Shown here: positions 63,722 to 64,000 of the stretch, piece after piece
Position numbering within the stretch: the stretch's first letter is position 1
Layout of the letters: every line of letters starts with the position of its first letter
Assembly (NCBI GenBank): GCA_964016885.1
Contig: OZ024743.1
Span: 287,556,001 to 287,620,000, forward strand
DNA length: 64,000 nucleotides
Direction: 5' to 3'
DNA from: Eledone cirrhosa
Taxonomy: Eukaryota
Notes under the pieces: generated by a model
Databases searched by the model: none
What the model was told of the DNA's origin: nothing
Seen by the model: the letters and a program-made list of their open reading frames with translations, nothing else
Made by a program: the position numbers and the translations under genes

Positions 63722-63978
63722 AATCGGGCTGGATGCCCGATCACAGTTAAACCACTGGGAGAGAAGAACCCCTAGCCCTTGTCAAGGCATTCTTCTAGGA
63801 GAAGGCATCTCAGGAAACTGGGTTAACTCCGACATAAAACCTGCGGCTCAGTAGTTACCGATGATGTTGATCTTTTCTTCTTTTCGGGTTATAGCTACTG
63901 TCGCTCAGAGAGTGGGATTGGCTCAGTGCACAGTCTTTCCTCACTTAAAAAATATTCGTCACGCACAGACATTGCATG
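63722..63978 (+). mobile_element. Non-LTR 5'-UTR-like repeat related to 61663-62100
   Basis: ctgggagagaagaacccctagccc...ttctaggagaagg...aaacctgcgg...ctcacttaaaaa. Confidence 0.5.
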
Positions 63979-64000
63979 TGTGCATTAATAATTATTAATA

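Overview
This is eukaryotic, repeat-saturated DNA with no confidently recognisable host gene. Its abundant tRNA-derived CORE-type, Nin-type and V-type SINEs and very high microsatellite load resemble an Octopus/coleoid cephalopod genome (inference). Main content: (i) four L1/Tx1-like LINEs (zinc-knuckle ORF1 plus APE-RT-CCHC ORF2). Three are stacked in an (ATT)n tract at 11.4-23.1 kb and one apparently intact copy sits in an (ATCT)n tract at 41.55-47.36 kb. There is also an old inverted remnant carrying a 24x54-bp minisatellite. (ii) R4/Dong-like RT-RLE elements flanked by (TAA)n or (CATA)n. (iii) Many short Penelope-like (PLE) relics in (TA)n tracts carrying type I hammerhead ribozyme motifs (about 8 convincing and 3 decayed copies, from several unrelated families), often in fold-back form. 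(iv) MITEs, SINEs and simple repeats. The best leads are the Tx1-like sibling families with different microsatellite targets, a splice-donor motif overlapping the ORF1 stop in these elements that could fuse ORF1 to ORF2, and the hammerhead-bearing mini-elements. All calls were made by eye; no database search or folding program was run.
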